From assembly GCA_044892525.1 (NCBI GenBank), contig CM097888.1:53816001-53880000 (forward strand): 64,000 nucleotides of DNA, in the 5' to 3' direction. Positions within the stretch are counted from its first letter, which is position 1. Each line of letters starts with the position of its first letter. Under the pieces are notes generated by a model, which searched no databases, was not told the origin of the DNA, and saw only the letters and a program-made list of their open reading frames with translations. Positions 10,291-23,602 of this stretch are shown piece after piece. The position numbers and the translations under genes are program-made. The stretch comes from Schmidtea polychroa. Lineage: Eukaryota.

Positions 10291-10460
10291 TTTATTATAG
10301 TGCGTTTATTCATTACAACGATTCTACATATCGAAATTTTGCATGTATTTTTTACTACGTGTTGTGATTGTGTGTGTCAGTTTATTTTTTCTACCCCTTT
10401 CTCACTTTCTATATTAAATGCGTTTGTTTATTGCAACGCTAAAAATTAACACACAGATAA
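10291..10460 (+). repeat. Interspersed repeat, copy 1 (copy 2 inverted at about 29935-30112)
   Basis: TTTATTATAGTGCG...ACGATTCTACATAT...GTGTGTGTCAGTTTATTTTT...TTCTCACTTTCTATATTAAATGC is shared with the reverse complement of 29935-30112. Confidence 0.75.
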
Positions 10461-12663
10461 GTTCGTATGTTTATATAATATACACGCATTGATTTTTATT
10501 TATACATTATAGATGCGTTTTGTTCACTGCAAACGGGTGTATTCCACGAAACCCGATGTACTTCTGAGTTTGATAAGTCATGTTATTATGTCAAATAGTT
10601 CTTTTAATTTAATAATAAATAAATAAAATCAAGAAACATAATTATTTAAATGCATGAATTATTGCTGTCTGATATTAAGTTTAACTAAAAAATTAAAGTT
10701 CTTTTATCTTTTTTGCCATTCCGTACTGCATTCTCTTTCCGGGAAAATGAAATTCTTAATTTTATATGATCAATTCCTAAACAAAAATTCTAGAAATATC
10801 GTCTGACCGATTTCCAGAAAACATGAGAATTAAGTATAAACCTATTTCATCATTTTGTAATCATAAAAATTCATCATCCACATGTCTAAGCATGAATTAT
10901 TTATTATTAATTCTAACAATTTTATAATTATAATGCATTTTTACCAATTAAGAATATTTTATAATTTACATATTAATTGACAACATGCTCTGTTTGTTTC
11001 AGCTTAGCATTAAAAAGTAAATAAATTATTATAAATTTCATAATTTTTATAATTTGCGACAAATTTTATTTGTAATTTGTTTTAGTATTCGATTTTTAAA
11101 TGATGAATATTTTATATCGCTAATTCTACAAGTGAATAAACAAAAAGAAAATAATTATTTTATTCATAAAAAATAATTTCAAGTATTTTCCCAATATAAT
11201 TGTTTTTTTTCTCTTAAAATGTCTCAATTGTATACTTTGATAATTATATCTTTTCAAAACAATGGACAATAGTGCAGAGGCGAGTGTAGCAGAAACAAAA
11301 AAGTAACACAAAAAGATTTTGTATTTTGTAAAAGTAAAATTTATTTAAATGACTGTTTTAAATTGTTTTTAAAATGTTCACTATTTTGTAATATTCAGTA
11401 AATATTAGATTAAAAAAATAAATCAATAAAAATAGAAAAACAAATAATTTACAAAGAATTTACAAATTAAAAAAAAATTTTATAATAACTTAATTTTTTT
11501 CTCGAAAATGAGTAAAAATGAGAATCCAATTAAATTTTATTATTAAATAAATATTAATAAATAAAATCATATTTTAAACGTATATAAAGGACATCATATT
11601 TTATTAGGGCGATACCAAAATTATTTTTGTTAATTAATTTTTTAGTAAATTATTTCTATTCTGATCTCATATTGATTTTAAAAAGCAAAGGAAAGAACCT
11701 TTTTTCAGCAGATTTACGGCCAAGTATTGGTTCAGAGTTCATAGAAATTGGCATAAAGTTAAAATATAACGAAAGTCAAAATACAAATATTAGATGAATA
11801 ACTAAATGCAGTACCCAAAGAAGATTCAATGTATTCTGCAAAGGATATGACAAAATGTCTCAACATAAATAATTTAAACATTCAATGGCAATTAAAAAAT
11901 ACTTTTACAGTTTAATTATTGTTTATGTAAAATGAGTTTAGTTCAATAAAATAGAAATATAAAATTTCCTTTAACTTTATTTTATATCAGACTACAGATC
12001 AATATTTTGTTTTATATTTAACGTGAAATTTTGCTGGCCAATCAAATTTTCTGAATATAATCACCATAAGCTTACTGAAAAATATTACGCAACGTAATAT
12101 TACAATAAATTAATTTAATAATATATCTAAATGACTTTAATTAGTAAATTTAAAAGTTATGAATTTAGAATTGATATGTAAAATAATTTATTTATTTTAA
12201 TGTTTTATTAGCATTTAAAACTTTTCATAAATATTTTCGAAAATGACAAAATTGGTAAATAATTTCTATGATTTTGTAATTTTGAAATTATTTTAAATAT
12301 TAATACATGCTTCAATTTTAACAAAAACAAATTTTGTTTGACTTTATTTACTTTTCAAACGAATTTAAAAAGAATGAATATAAAAAGAATAAAAGATAAA
12401 TGGGGAAAATTTTTAAAAATTACAATTAATTCTACAATAAATTATATATCAAAATGTTATCAGAATTAATAAATAGAAACAATTATAAAAGTTAAATTTA
12501 ACAAAAGAGAAAAAATTGTTCAAAATACGAACAAGATTAAGCTATATGAAGTTAATGAAAACTTTTCATTGAAAAGGTAAATTGAACAAAAATACGATAG
12601 TTTAAAGCACAAGGCGGTTGTGGATTTCAAGTATATAAATAGATTAACAATGATATTTATGTA

Positions 12664-12890
12664 CCGTATATTTCGGCGTATAAGACGACCCTTAAAGTCA
12701 AAAAATCACCCTTGAAAATTGTGGGTCGTCTTATACAACCGATATAAAAGAAAGTATTACAGTACAGGTAGTTGTATTTATACTAGTTGTATTTATACTA
12801 CTACAACCGATATATGATAAATCATAAAAATTTGCACTAATTTTGTACCTCGTCTTATCTGACGGTCGCCTTATACGCCGAAATATACGG
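12664..12890. mobile_element. Tc1/mariner-superfamily (Tc2/pogo-like) MITE, 227 bp
   Basis: 27-bp TIRs CCGTATATTTCGGCGTATAAGACGACC with 1 mismatch; TA on both flanks. Confidence 0.9.
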
Positions 12891-13688
12891 TATTTATTTG
12901 TCATTTTAATGAATGTGAATAGAACCGAATGTATTTAGTATTTGTACTTAGGTATATATATATTTTTTAGGTATATAAAGAAGTTTTAGAAATTTTTTAT
13001 GAATTTACTTACATTAAAAATGATGTTTTAATTGTTTGAAAGTTTTGAAAGATTTAAATTATTGAATATTTAAACAAAAAAATTAATTTAATACAACTTC
13101 ATTTCTTTTATTATGTAAAATTTTATTATAAAATTGGAAATTTTAATTTAATAAAAATCGGAAAAATAAATTTCAAAATCTGTTTCCATTAATTTATAAA
13201 TTTAAATAAAATTTTTTATTTTAAAATTATCGTAAAAAAAACATAAGTTTTACAGAATCAAATTTAGTGAATTTATTTTTCCAAAAATACTTTAAGAAAA
13301 AAGTGAAAATTTAGTAATTGCAAAAATAAAATATTACACTGGAATATTAATCTGAATTTCAGAATTCTCCATCAAATAACCAATTGTGTTTTTTTGATTG
13401 AAATGGTAATTTTATTGAGAGTTGATGATTATTTCGTTTAAATTATTTCATGCAATATCGCATTACTTTTCTGGATGTAAATAATCATAAATTTCAATTT
13501 AAGTATAATATTATGCTGAAACCTCTTTTGGGCTAATTAATTTGTTTATGAATTTGAATTACATAAAAATAAAAGCTTGAGGATTTTCAAAATAATAAAA
13601 GAAAACTTGTGAGATTAATTTAGGGCTTCATAATTTAAAAGATCTACATAATAAAACAAAGTATAAAGATAAGAATATATAATCTAAT

Positions 13689-13877
13689 GTGACAGTAAAA
13701 ACATGTATGAGGCTAGAAGCTGCATTAAGACATAAGATATTGAATCAAAAAATGTTTCTGATCCAGATGAAAACAGATGTTGATGATAAAGCTCAGAATA
13801 TGGAACGTTTCTTTAGTGATTCAATCATTGACTCCTTGAACGAAAATAATATTCCATGGAAAAATTTAAACCAGTGA
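13689..13877 (+). pseudogene. Heavily decayed hAT (Buster-like) transposase fragment
   Basis: FLIQMKTDVDDKAQ resembles FSIQLDESTDVxxxAQ; SLNENNIPWKNL resembles the xxxNNIPWxNL segment that precedes TDGA. Confidence 0.5.
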
Positions 13878-14883
13878 ACACAAATCTAAGAATTTAATGA
13901 ATTTCAAAGATATGCATTTCGTAAAATATCGTAATATATCTTTAAATGTCTTGTAATTCCATTTGAAGTTATATTCAACAGGATCTATATATAAGTAATA
14001 ATTNNNNNNNNNNNNNNNNNNNNNNNNNNNNNNNNNNNNNNNNNNNNNNNNNNNNNNNNNNNNNNNNNNNNNNNNNNNNNNNNNNNNNNNNNNNNNNNNN
14101 NNNNNNNNNNNNNNNNNNNNNNNNNNNNNNNNNNNNNNNNNNNNNNNNNNNNNNNNNNNNNNNNNNNNNNNNNNNNNNNNNNNNNNNNNNNNNNCACCAC
14201 GTTTATATGAATATACATATTTTAGTTCTTAAATATTATGAAAACATACTTTCAAAATGATAAATTAAAACAAATTAAATTAACTATTTTCATTAATTAT
14301 TTAATTTATTAACATTTTAAATATGTCGGGAGAAATTAGATGAAAACATATTTTGACTTTGCAATCAAACAATAAAGATTTTAAATGCAATACAAATTGC
14401 AATAGTTAAGCTAAGCTTCCTAATAGACTAAAAATAAGTCCTAAGGCAAAAGAATTAAAAAAACAAACGAACCGACTATGTAAGAGTTTGATGAGAAAGA
14501 CCTGCCATGACCAACCTGTAACGAGGTGATCTTGCAAAAAGGCAACAATCACTTTGAGTAAATTAATTGTTCTTGAATGTAATTTTATTTTTCATCCAAA
14601 TATTAGTTCTTGTGTCACTTATATCACGATCTCTTTAATATATACAGAAAAACCTTTTCATTATAATCATAGTAGAGCAAACTGTTATCAAAGTTGACAT
14701 GAAAGATGATGGAGAGAGGGACAGGAAAGATTTGAGGGTCCTACTTACAGTACTTTTCAAATTAAACTAAATGTAATATTCAATTATTCAGATATTCAAT
14801 GCAAAGCGCGTGCTGGAAGTAAGAAAATGGAAAACTTTAATAGAAACTGAATAATGTTAGAAATGTCACCAACGGGAAATGGC

Positions 14884-14886
<3 letters not shown>

Positions 14887-14958
<72 letters not shown>
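14887..14958 (+). repeat. (AAT)24 microsatellite
   Basis: Direct count. Confidence 0.97.
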
Positions 14959-15959
14959 TTTAAACAGTAAAAGTAATTAGTATCTATTATTTTGGTAATT
15001 TTTTCTTTAGCAGTTTACATCAATAAACAAAAGTAAAAGTTTTCAATGTAACTGAGTAATTAAAATTATTAATTAAAATAAATAAAAAATATACATAAAT
15101 AATATATAAATAATTTTATGATTGAAAATTGGAATCTAACTAAATTTTAAAAATTGAGAAAAAGCAAAATTTGGTTTGAAATAAAAATATTTTTCATTGA
15201 TACTTTTTAATTATTACATAATTTTTTGAAGTAAAAGTGGCTGAAACCCTTGTGCATCAAGCGAGAGTAACTGAATGCTGAGTTGGACATCGACAAAAGC
15301 AATAGCTGGAGAATGAGAATGGATAAAACTATAACCTGACCACTGGGAAACAAATCACGAGTTTATAACAAATACCAGTAACAAACCAAAAGGAACCGAA
15401 CGACGTCAATTGATTTCATCGAGTCTATTTATTCCAGTATTGGAGATTTAGATTGTCTTGAATGACTTTGCATGTTATAAAAGGATGTTTCTTAATATTT
15501 TTTACAAATATATTTTTCAAATATCCATGCGTTTGCCATTTCTCGATGATCGTATAAAGTTTGTTGTACATCTTTAACACTGACATATGTTTCATACTTG
15601 TTGATTATACTCGCAGAGGTACTCTGCTGCTTATCCTAAGCTTATGCAATATCAATTTTCCCTTCCTCTATGAAAGAGGTTCTCCATTTGTTCTCGAACT
15701 TTACAGAAAAAGTATTTTTTTATAGGAATGATACGTCATGACACAAAATAATGATCGACAAAAAACCTTATTTTCTTGACAAATATTAAATTTCTACATA
15801 TTAAACATTTAAGATAGAAACAAATTTTTACTGATTTCTTAATATTTCTATACTTTTTTAACTCGAAATTTCATAGTTGTGATAAAGTTTAAAGAGCACA
15901 ATGAGTATATTATATTAAAAAAATATATATGTGGAATAGTTGATAATTGCTTACGTATC

Positions 15960-15998
15960 CCACCTCTGAGGTGTGATACCCCACCGTGGGAAACACTG
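15960..15998. mobile_element. Isolated hAT right terminus
   Basis: ...CCCACCGTGGGAAACACTG followed by ACCTAGTG (central TA); partner end not found. Confidence 0.5.
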
Positions 15999-17222
15999 AC
16001 CTAGTGTACTATTAGAAGCCCACATAAAATTGCACTAGAAAACAATAAAATAAGGTCACTATTATTATTAATACCAAATTATCAATCAAGAAACAGTTTT
16101 TCAAGTAAGGTTTTCATACATTTTTTTCTCATTGTACATTAGGAAATTTCATAACAATAATAAAGTCTAGATAATCGGATAAATCAAGATCTCGTGAAAT
16201 ATTATTTTAAAAATGAGAAATAAACAAAAATTTTATTCCGAAATATTTAATTGATTTACAAAATAAATTTCTTAATAAAATTTTCAATTTATAATTTATT
16301 TATAATGTTTGTAATTTACTATATCTGTGTGCCTGTTCATAATTCATTATATTAAATTTAGATTTGACCTTAAGTTTTGTTTTAAATCGATAACATGGCA
16401 TTTTTATTTCAATCTTTTCTGAAAATCAACTTTTCTCTATATATGCGAAATTTGTCTAAATTATGTTTTTTAAACTGCTACTTTTATAAATGTAATATTT
16501 CATAAATAAATTTGTTTAAATAATGACTCTAATTATGTAAATTTCCAATTTGATAAATTATAATCAGGGTATGCCAACACTGCCATATGAAGGAAAAACC
16601 AATCTAGTATAGTATAATTTTGAATATTTTCTAAAAATAAAATTTCTTGAAAATAAATTCAAAATCTTTGCCATTCAAAAAATTTAGAATTTTTCTGTAG
16701 TTATAAAGCTCTAGGCACTGTAAAAAGATGACATTAATAAAAATTATTGCTAAAATTTAGTTGTAGCCTCGAGAAGATGAAAAATGTATTTAAAATTTTA
16801 AAATTATTATTTTCCTAAAATGATTGCTAATTTCAAGATATCAAAGAATTGAATAAGTATTTCGTGTTCATTAAAAAGATCACCCAAAAAGAAACGCCAT
16901 GCTCACAAATTGAGTGAATTTTTAGGAAAATATAATAATTGAAAGAATGCTTCAAAATATTAATTAAGATTTAGCAATTCTTAATTCTTTTGAAATAATG
17001 TTATCAAAGCTGCGTATTTCCTTATTGTTTCTCTTTAATATTTTCTTGTTATAAATAAATTAACCCCTAGAATAATCACGTTCTAGTGTTTTCCAGGGCC
17101 CACATTTTATTGAAACCAGACTTTCAATTACATTTTAAATTGAGACGTTCTTTGATTCAGATAATTTAACCATTTGCTATGTAATCTATTTACTTGAAAT
17201 TCTGTATACTATATACACCATC

Positions 17223-17557
17223 CAAGGCCGGCCGTGGGTTTTGCGGGGCCTCGGGAAAATATTATATGCGGGGCCCTTTCCTAAAAAGGAAGAAATGATA
17301 CATGAACATAATTTTATCAATTTATTTAATGAAATATTTATTCTTTCAATATATTCAAAAATATACATACATAAACATAATATTTATTCCTTCAATATAT
17401 TCAATAATATACATACAAAAACATAATATTTTTTATTCTTATTTAGAACCAACATTTTTTACGTTGCATTTGGTGTCAAAAACTTGCACTAGCTACTAAT
17501 AATTGTTCGACATAGTTGGGAAAAATCACCAAATTCCCGACCCATGAGCCGGCCCTT
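17223..17557. mobile_element. Degenerate hAT (Ac/Tip100-like) MITE
   Basis: GC-rich ends CAAGGCCGGCCGTGGG and CCCATGAGCCGGCCCTT are imperfect inverted repeats; GGGGCC subterminal motifs; no clean TSD. Confidence 0.45.
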
Positions 17558-18784
17558 AAAATACCAAGTAAAAAAAATTAAGAATAAAACAAAAATTAAA
17601 TTATTAAAACAAAAATAATAAAATTACGAAATGCAAGCAGTTGCACAAGAAACATATTTTAAACCATAAAAATAACAAAAATCGCCGAAAAGACAAAAAA
17701 ATACTTATTCATAAGATAAGAATAGTAAGATTGAATCTTTTTCATTATTTTATATAGATATTATAGATTTTCTTTTTTTTCTGATTCTTTTTCTTGTTAG
17801 ACTTTTAAACCTTACTTGTTGCTGCCTTTTTTATGACTATTCCACTAACGTTATGTACCATATTCAAATAAATAAGAAAGAATAATCTCAACAAGATAGA
17901 AATTTTTTTTTAATTTTTTTAAAATTTTTTAAAAATTATTCTTTAAAAATCAATCAATTTTTTAAATTTTTTTACTTCAAAACACAATTTTCTTAATTAC
18001 AACATAATAAAATTTCAACATTCAAAAGTACAACATGGATATTGCTAATAAATTAAAATATTAATGTTCCATTCATTTATTAACCCATTACCTCCCAGAT
18101 TTTAAAAATTACTATTTTTGCAAAATTACTTTAATATTAATGAGTTATATAGTATGTGCTATAGTATGTAAAATAGACCAATCTCCATTTGGGGATTACA
18201 GTAACTAAAATATTGCCCAACATTCGAAGTCCGTATCTATTCAATTCTTTATATTTAGATGAAGAATAACGTACGCTGCAGTATTTTAACCGGTATTTTA
18301 AAATGTATGCTTTTGGTTATGTGCAATATTTAAGTCGAGACGCCAGTGAACGTATTTCCTAATAGAAAAATAGCCCCCCGTGGAAGAGTTAAGGATTGAC
18401 TAGTAGTTATCCGTCAAATGTGATATCACAACTATTGAAATATTAAGAAAATTGTATATGTATTTACTAATAAAATTAATTTAAAACCCGCTAATGCAAT
18501 GACTGTCACTGAATTCATCGTTCTGAAGAGTATATGTTCAATATCCTCTATATTCACTTTCAGACTATAAATTAATATTTTCTTTTGTTTAAAAAGAATT
18601 GTCGTTCCGAACGCTATTAATCATTTTTCGTTATTTTAAAATTAAGAAAATTATTTTTCAATTAAAAACAACATCCTGTTGTCTTTAATATTAACAACTT
18701 TACATTTCCACTTGTTCCAGTTTCGAAAATTAGACTGGTTTCAGCTGAATTGCTTTTGTAAACAATCCAGCTGTACTAATTTAC

Positions 18785-18886
18785 CAAGAAATTTATTAGT
18801 CAATAAAAACTTTTTGATGACATCAATCATTTCTTTTGAGAAAACAACATCGGCAAATTTGTCAAGTACGGTGGCGGCATGTCTAA
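18785..18886 (-). CDS. Putative 102-bp phase1-phase1 coding exon (V)RHAATVLDKFADVVFSKEMIDVIKKFLLTNKFL, weakly HEAT-repeat-like
   Basis: Acceptor tttttactactctaccacacag|, donor |gtaaat, only one frame open. A 50-bp GT-AG segment (18887-18936) upstream matches the host short-intron size. Confidence 0.35.
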
Positions 18887-19112
18887 CTGTGTGGTAGAGT
18901 AGTAAAAATTTATGTTTATTTATTTAGAGATATTACCAAAAATTGCTGATCTGACTCATAGAATCGAAATGATGATTGTATAGAAAAGACAAATTTATTA
19001 AAAATGCAAGTTATGAGTTATAAAGAAGAGTTCGTCATTGCATAATTGCATAATTAACGAAGTATGAAAAGCATCATCCTTTTATAAAATTTAGTTAGCT
19101 TATACCCTAGTT

Positions 19113-19769
19113 CGGGGGTGCCCAACCCGTTTGATCCTTTGGGCCGTATAAAATTTTGCCAAAAAAAATTGGGTCACATAAACACGAAACTATTTTGGCA
19201 ATCTTTATTACCATTATTTTGTAACTGTGATTACAACCGATAAAATCTGGATAATAAAAAAATATCATAATAATTAATAATTGAAATATTTATTGTAAAA
19301 AAAATACAAAATTGTGTACTTAGATGAAATTTTTTATTAAAAAAATATTAATTCATTTTTAATGGAAACTTTGACAGACTTTTTTGAAATCAATAAATCA
19401 ATTTTGGGTATGATGGAGCTTGTAGCAATTCTTAAAGAATTTTCGAGATGTTCATTGTTTGTTCTTAATTTTCCCTTCGTAAATTTTATCCTAGAAAAAA
19501 GTTGTTCACAAATATAGGTACTTCCAAAAAGCGATGCCATGAATTAGACATGATTATGAAGCAGGAGATATTTAGTTTTCGGAAGATACATTTTGTAATA
19601 ATCTAATAAAAAGACACGATCGAATTTCTCTTAGTTGCATGTCAGTTTGCAATTTGATGCACTCGATTTGGAAATGTTCTAGTAACTGATCTATTTTGAT
19701 GGGAAAAGGTGTCCGAATATATATATAATAGTTATTTATATTTTCAGAAATCTTGAAATCTATTTTCAA
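19113..19769 (-). mobile_element. hAT (SPIN/GTF2IRD2-like) 3' remnant: terminus plus decayed dimerisation domain
   Basis: Terminus CGGGGGTGCCCAACC preceded by CCCTAGTT. Fragments LFGSTYICEQLFS...LENSLRIATS and FQIECIKLQTD. Confidence 0.8.
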
Positions 19770-21271
19770 ATTCCTTGATCAACTCTGAAAGCAGTGTAGT
19801 ATATAGAATAAATATACTGATACATATATCTTGTAAAATTTTCGGATTTTTATGTGAAAAATATTACTTTTTTTGATTGAAATTTGTATTAAAATTGGTT
19901 GTCAATTTCTATAATTGTTAGTGAGAATATGCTTCATTGGTTAGATATTAGAGTTCTTATATATCAATTTAATTTATTATAATGTTTAAATATTTTAACT
20001 TTATCTAATTTTATCCAATATACTAGCTTTGACCCGTACAAGATCAAGTGATGTACCGAAACAATTTATAATAATAGTTGTCATGAAATTGTTACTTTGC
20101 AACTTAAATAGTGTTGCTATATATAATTATGCTAATTTCAATCAAATTTTTGGACCTACATACAACGACAATTATAATTATATATGATTAATTAAACAGG
20201 ACATTTAGTGAAATATTTGTAAAAATAATATTTAACGATATTCTACTTATAATTAATAAATAGATAATAATTATAAAATAATAGTTGCAATTAATCAACA
20301 GAAATTATGCATTTACGTACAAAGATAATTATAGATGTTGATTATGTTAATTATATATCTTTATGCTGAAATAAAGATATTTTAGGAACTGAATCTATCA
20401 AACCTATTGAACCCCACCATAAATTTCAAATCAGAATGATTTGTTAATGATGTAAAATAAAATCTTAAGATGTAGCCGCATGATTAGCTTTTTTACAATA
20501 CATTATAAATTTTTCAAAAAATGTCACTTAATTATTTAATTGTTTTTATAAATTCATGTAAAAATCAAGTGTTTATTTTTCATTAAAAATAAAATGTTAA
20601 TTTTTTGAAATAATTTTGTAATTATTTAGAAATTCTATCAAAGAATTTTAATGAAATGTATTTATTTATTAATTATGAAACATTAATTGTATAAATCGAA
20701 ACGATAATTGAAACAAAGAAATAATTCTTATAATTCCTCTTATTGCATTTTTAGCAAAATATAACCTCAATTATTTTTATTATTATTTTTATTATTATTT
20801 TTATTGTAGTTTTTAATATTATTAATACCTAAAAAATATTAATATTATACAAAAACTAAATATACAAAAATTTGTTGATTTTATATTCATTTCTTATTTG
20901 TTTTATTCAAATTAAGTTTTAGAAATTAAATTTTCATTTACTGAATTCATAATTAATAAATCATGTATTTTCATTAAGTAATTTTAAAATAATATTACTT
21001 TTATAATTATGAGTTTTAATATAAAATATATTATTATTATTATGAAATAACTTTATAAATTTAAAATTACATCAAACTTAACTATAAAAACACTATTACT
21101 GTTATAAATAATATCACATATTTCACGATATCTAATTAAAATAAATTAATTGATTTGATTCCGTTATTTTCAATTAATAATGAAATAAAAAATTAATTAT
21201 AAAAAAATAGAACTATATAGTATGATAACTATATATTTAAATTTAACTCAAAGAAAGAAATAATAATCTTT

Positions 21272-22040
21272 TATTGGGGTAATGTAGAAATGCACAAAAT
21301 AAAAATTGAAGTAAAAATAAAACTAATAAAAATATCTAAATAAAAAAAATCCAAAAATTAATTAAAAATATATAAAATTTGAAAAATAATATTGATCGGG
21401 GGAAATGGGTATGATTGAACGCCAAATCGTGAGACAAACCCAGGAATAATAATAAAAACTTAGTGAGTGGTCCATAGAAAAGGTTATAACGTAAAAACAA
21501 ATTAATTAATCAGATATTTGGAAGTTTGAGTCAACAGGAAGCCCGAGCACTGTGAAAACCCGATGCCAAGAAGTGAGGGAAGGCAGAGAGATTAGCAAAC
21601 GATCAGAATGAGTTTAGGTAAAACATTACAGGTGGCTCCGAGCAATTTCCTTATTGTTAAAACAATTAGACCCGATATGAGGGAATTATTGTTGGATAAC
21701 AATTAAATTGTTTTTAAAGACGAAGTATAAAAAGCGAATTGCCAGTGGGTCGAATAGAGTGGTAAAGAATCTGTGAACGTTTGCGAGAGAAATAAAAGAT
21801 AAAGTCTCAGTGAGATTAAAGAAAATTACGAATTACCTTACCAGAAAAGGTGATTGGAGAGCCCATTGAACAACCTACCTTATAGATTATTTAGAGATTA
21901 AGGTGCAACTACAGCGACAAGTCGTAATTGTGATAAAAATTGAATAAAGTGATCTGATTTGGGTTTTTAGTTTTTCGATTGTATTAATAAAGGACACGAG
22001 GAGTCAGAAACTAACCGACTAGTTAAATAATAACCCAACA
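21272..22040 (+). mobile_element. Solo LTR (about 770 bp, degenerate), related to 44867-45659
   Basis: Ends CGAGGAGTCAG...ACCGACT...ACCCAACA like the 45 kb copy. Starts TATTGGGG (TG mutated). Internal TATAAAAAG...GAATTGCCAGT and AATAAA. Flanks CTTT/TTTT. Confidence 0.6.
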
Positions 22041-22064
22041 TTTTTAATAAATACTACGGTAGTA

Positions 22065-22790
22065 GTAAGATGTATCATTGCTAGCCCACCTCCCCTCTCT
22101 ATTGGGAAAACATTTGCCGACCAATCAAATTTGATATGTGATTCATTAAAGTTCAGTTGGATTGAGTAACAAATAATTGATGGAAGTTAAGGGAATAACA
22201 ATGAAAGGTACTGACAATTGATAAAGGCATACAATAAGAGAAATTGGGCCGAGAAGAATAAAAGTCATGCTATTGCTATCCATGCTATATGAATACTATT
22301 GCGATAAAAAAACGGAAAACAAACTACGAAAAAGATAATTTATGATAAAACCCTGTTTTGTTTAATAAATTTTATCATAAAATACCTTAGTAATTTTTAT
22401 TGTATGAATGAATTTTGTAATGAATTAGTTAATGTTACCAATAATAGGAAACTTTGGAGTATGTATATATAATCAATTTATGAAAACAAATTTAGAACAG
22501 TTAGAAGTAATTATTTTGTTCAATAATTATGTATTTACTGATAAATGAAGTACACCAATAATAATTATTAATTATTGCGTCAAAATTTATTAAAATATAT
22601 TTCAAAATCCTGCCAGGCCGATATCTTTGAGTCTCCGCGAATGAAAATATCAATTAATTTTTCTCCGCCAAATTGAAATTAACTTAAAATCCAAGCGAAC
22701 TTTAGTTAAACACATGTCAAATTTAATTGGTCGGCAAATATCTTCACCTAATAAGGAGGAGAGAGGGAATGGGCTACACATTCTTACATA
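22065..22790. repeat. Degenerate inverted-repeat pair (about 22065-22170 and 22685-22790)
   Basis: TAGCCCA...TTTGCCGACCAATCAAATTTGATATGTG on + matches the reverse complement of CACATGTCAAATTTAATTGGTCGGCAAATA...TGGGCTA. Confidence 0.65.
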
Positions 22791-23479
22791 TTTAACTAGT
22801 GATGGTTTAAATAAATAACTAAAAATTATAAATAAATAAATAAACCATTAAAAATATTTATGAATTGTGTACTTGGAATAAATTCATGTGCATTATATTT
22901 CGAAACTCTTTTATTTAATTACTTTTGAATTTATAAATTATATGGCTCTAATAAACTTTATTCTTTAAAAACAATCTTCAATACCTAAGGAAACCTTGGT
23001 GTTAATATTATTTTTTTAATTTTTTATTTATATTTATTAATGATTTTTTTAATGTTTTTATAGGAAATATTTTGGTCATTTACCTCAGGGAAACTAATAT
23101 TTTATTTGTATGTTTTTTAAAACATTTGTTTGTTTGAAATAAAAGGAAAATCCAATGGAAATATAACGCAATGAAATATTGATAACAAGAAAACATGTTA
23201 TTATGCATTTATGAGCTCAGTCAGACCGGCGTAAAATTTTGCGCTGAATCAAAAACAAAAGAATATTTAAATAATTTTATTATTATAAACAGATTATCAC
23301 ATATCAAATAGAATGATAAAATATTACTAAATAATTTTTTTAGCTTTTTTCGCTACAAAGTCATTAATTACATGATACAAATATACGTAATTTACTTCCT
23401 CGCTTTCAATACTAAAAATAGCTAGAGATGTAAAACGGTATTGGCTTACAAGAGATCGAAGGTAATTCTAAATTAATTT

Positions 23480-23602
23480 TAACCGCGAAAAACTACGCTT
23501 GACTCAAGCTCCGGCGTATTTACAAATTGTAACGCAACTCATTTATAAAGCGCGGGCCGGGTTCCGGTGAACGCATTGAACCTGCTTCGCGCAGGCTCAT
23601 AG
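23480..23602 (+). mobile_element. Helitron/Helentron-like 3' terminus
   Basis: GC island with hairpin TGAACCTGC-TTCGC-GCAGGCTCA directly followed by TAG|T (degenerate CTAG|T). Confidence 0.4.

Noticed and set aside
18084-18388. Possible piggyBac MITE bounded by TTAA
   Set aside because: The termini CCCATTACC and CTCTTCCAC match too poorly.
20022-20040. ACTAGCTTTGACCCGTAC, a reversed Helitron-type 3' end
   Set aside because: Hairpin incomplete and no 5' end identifiable.
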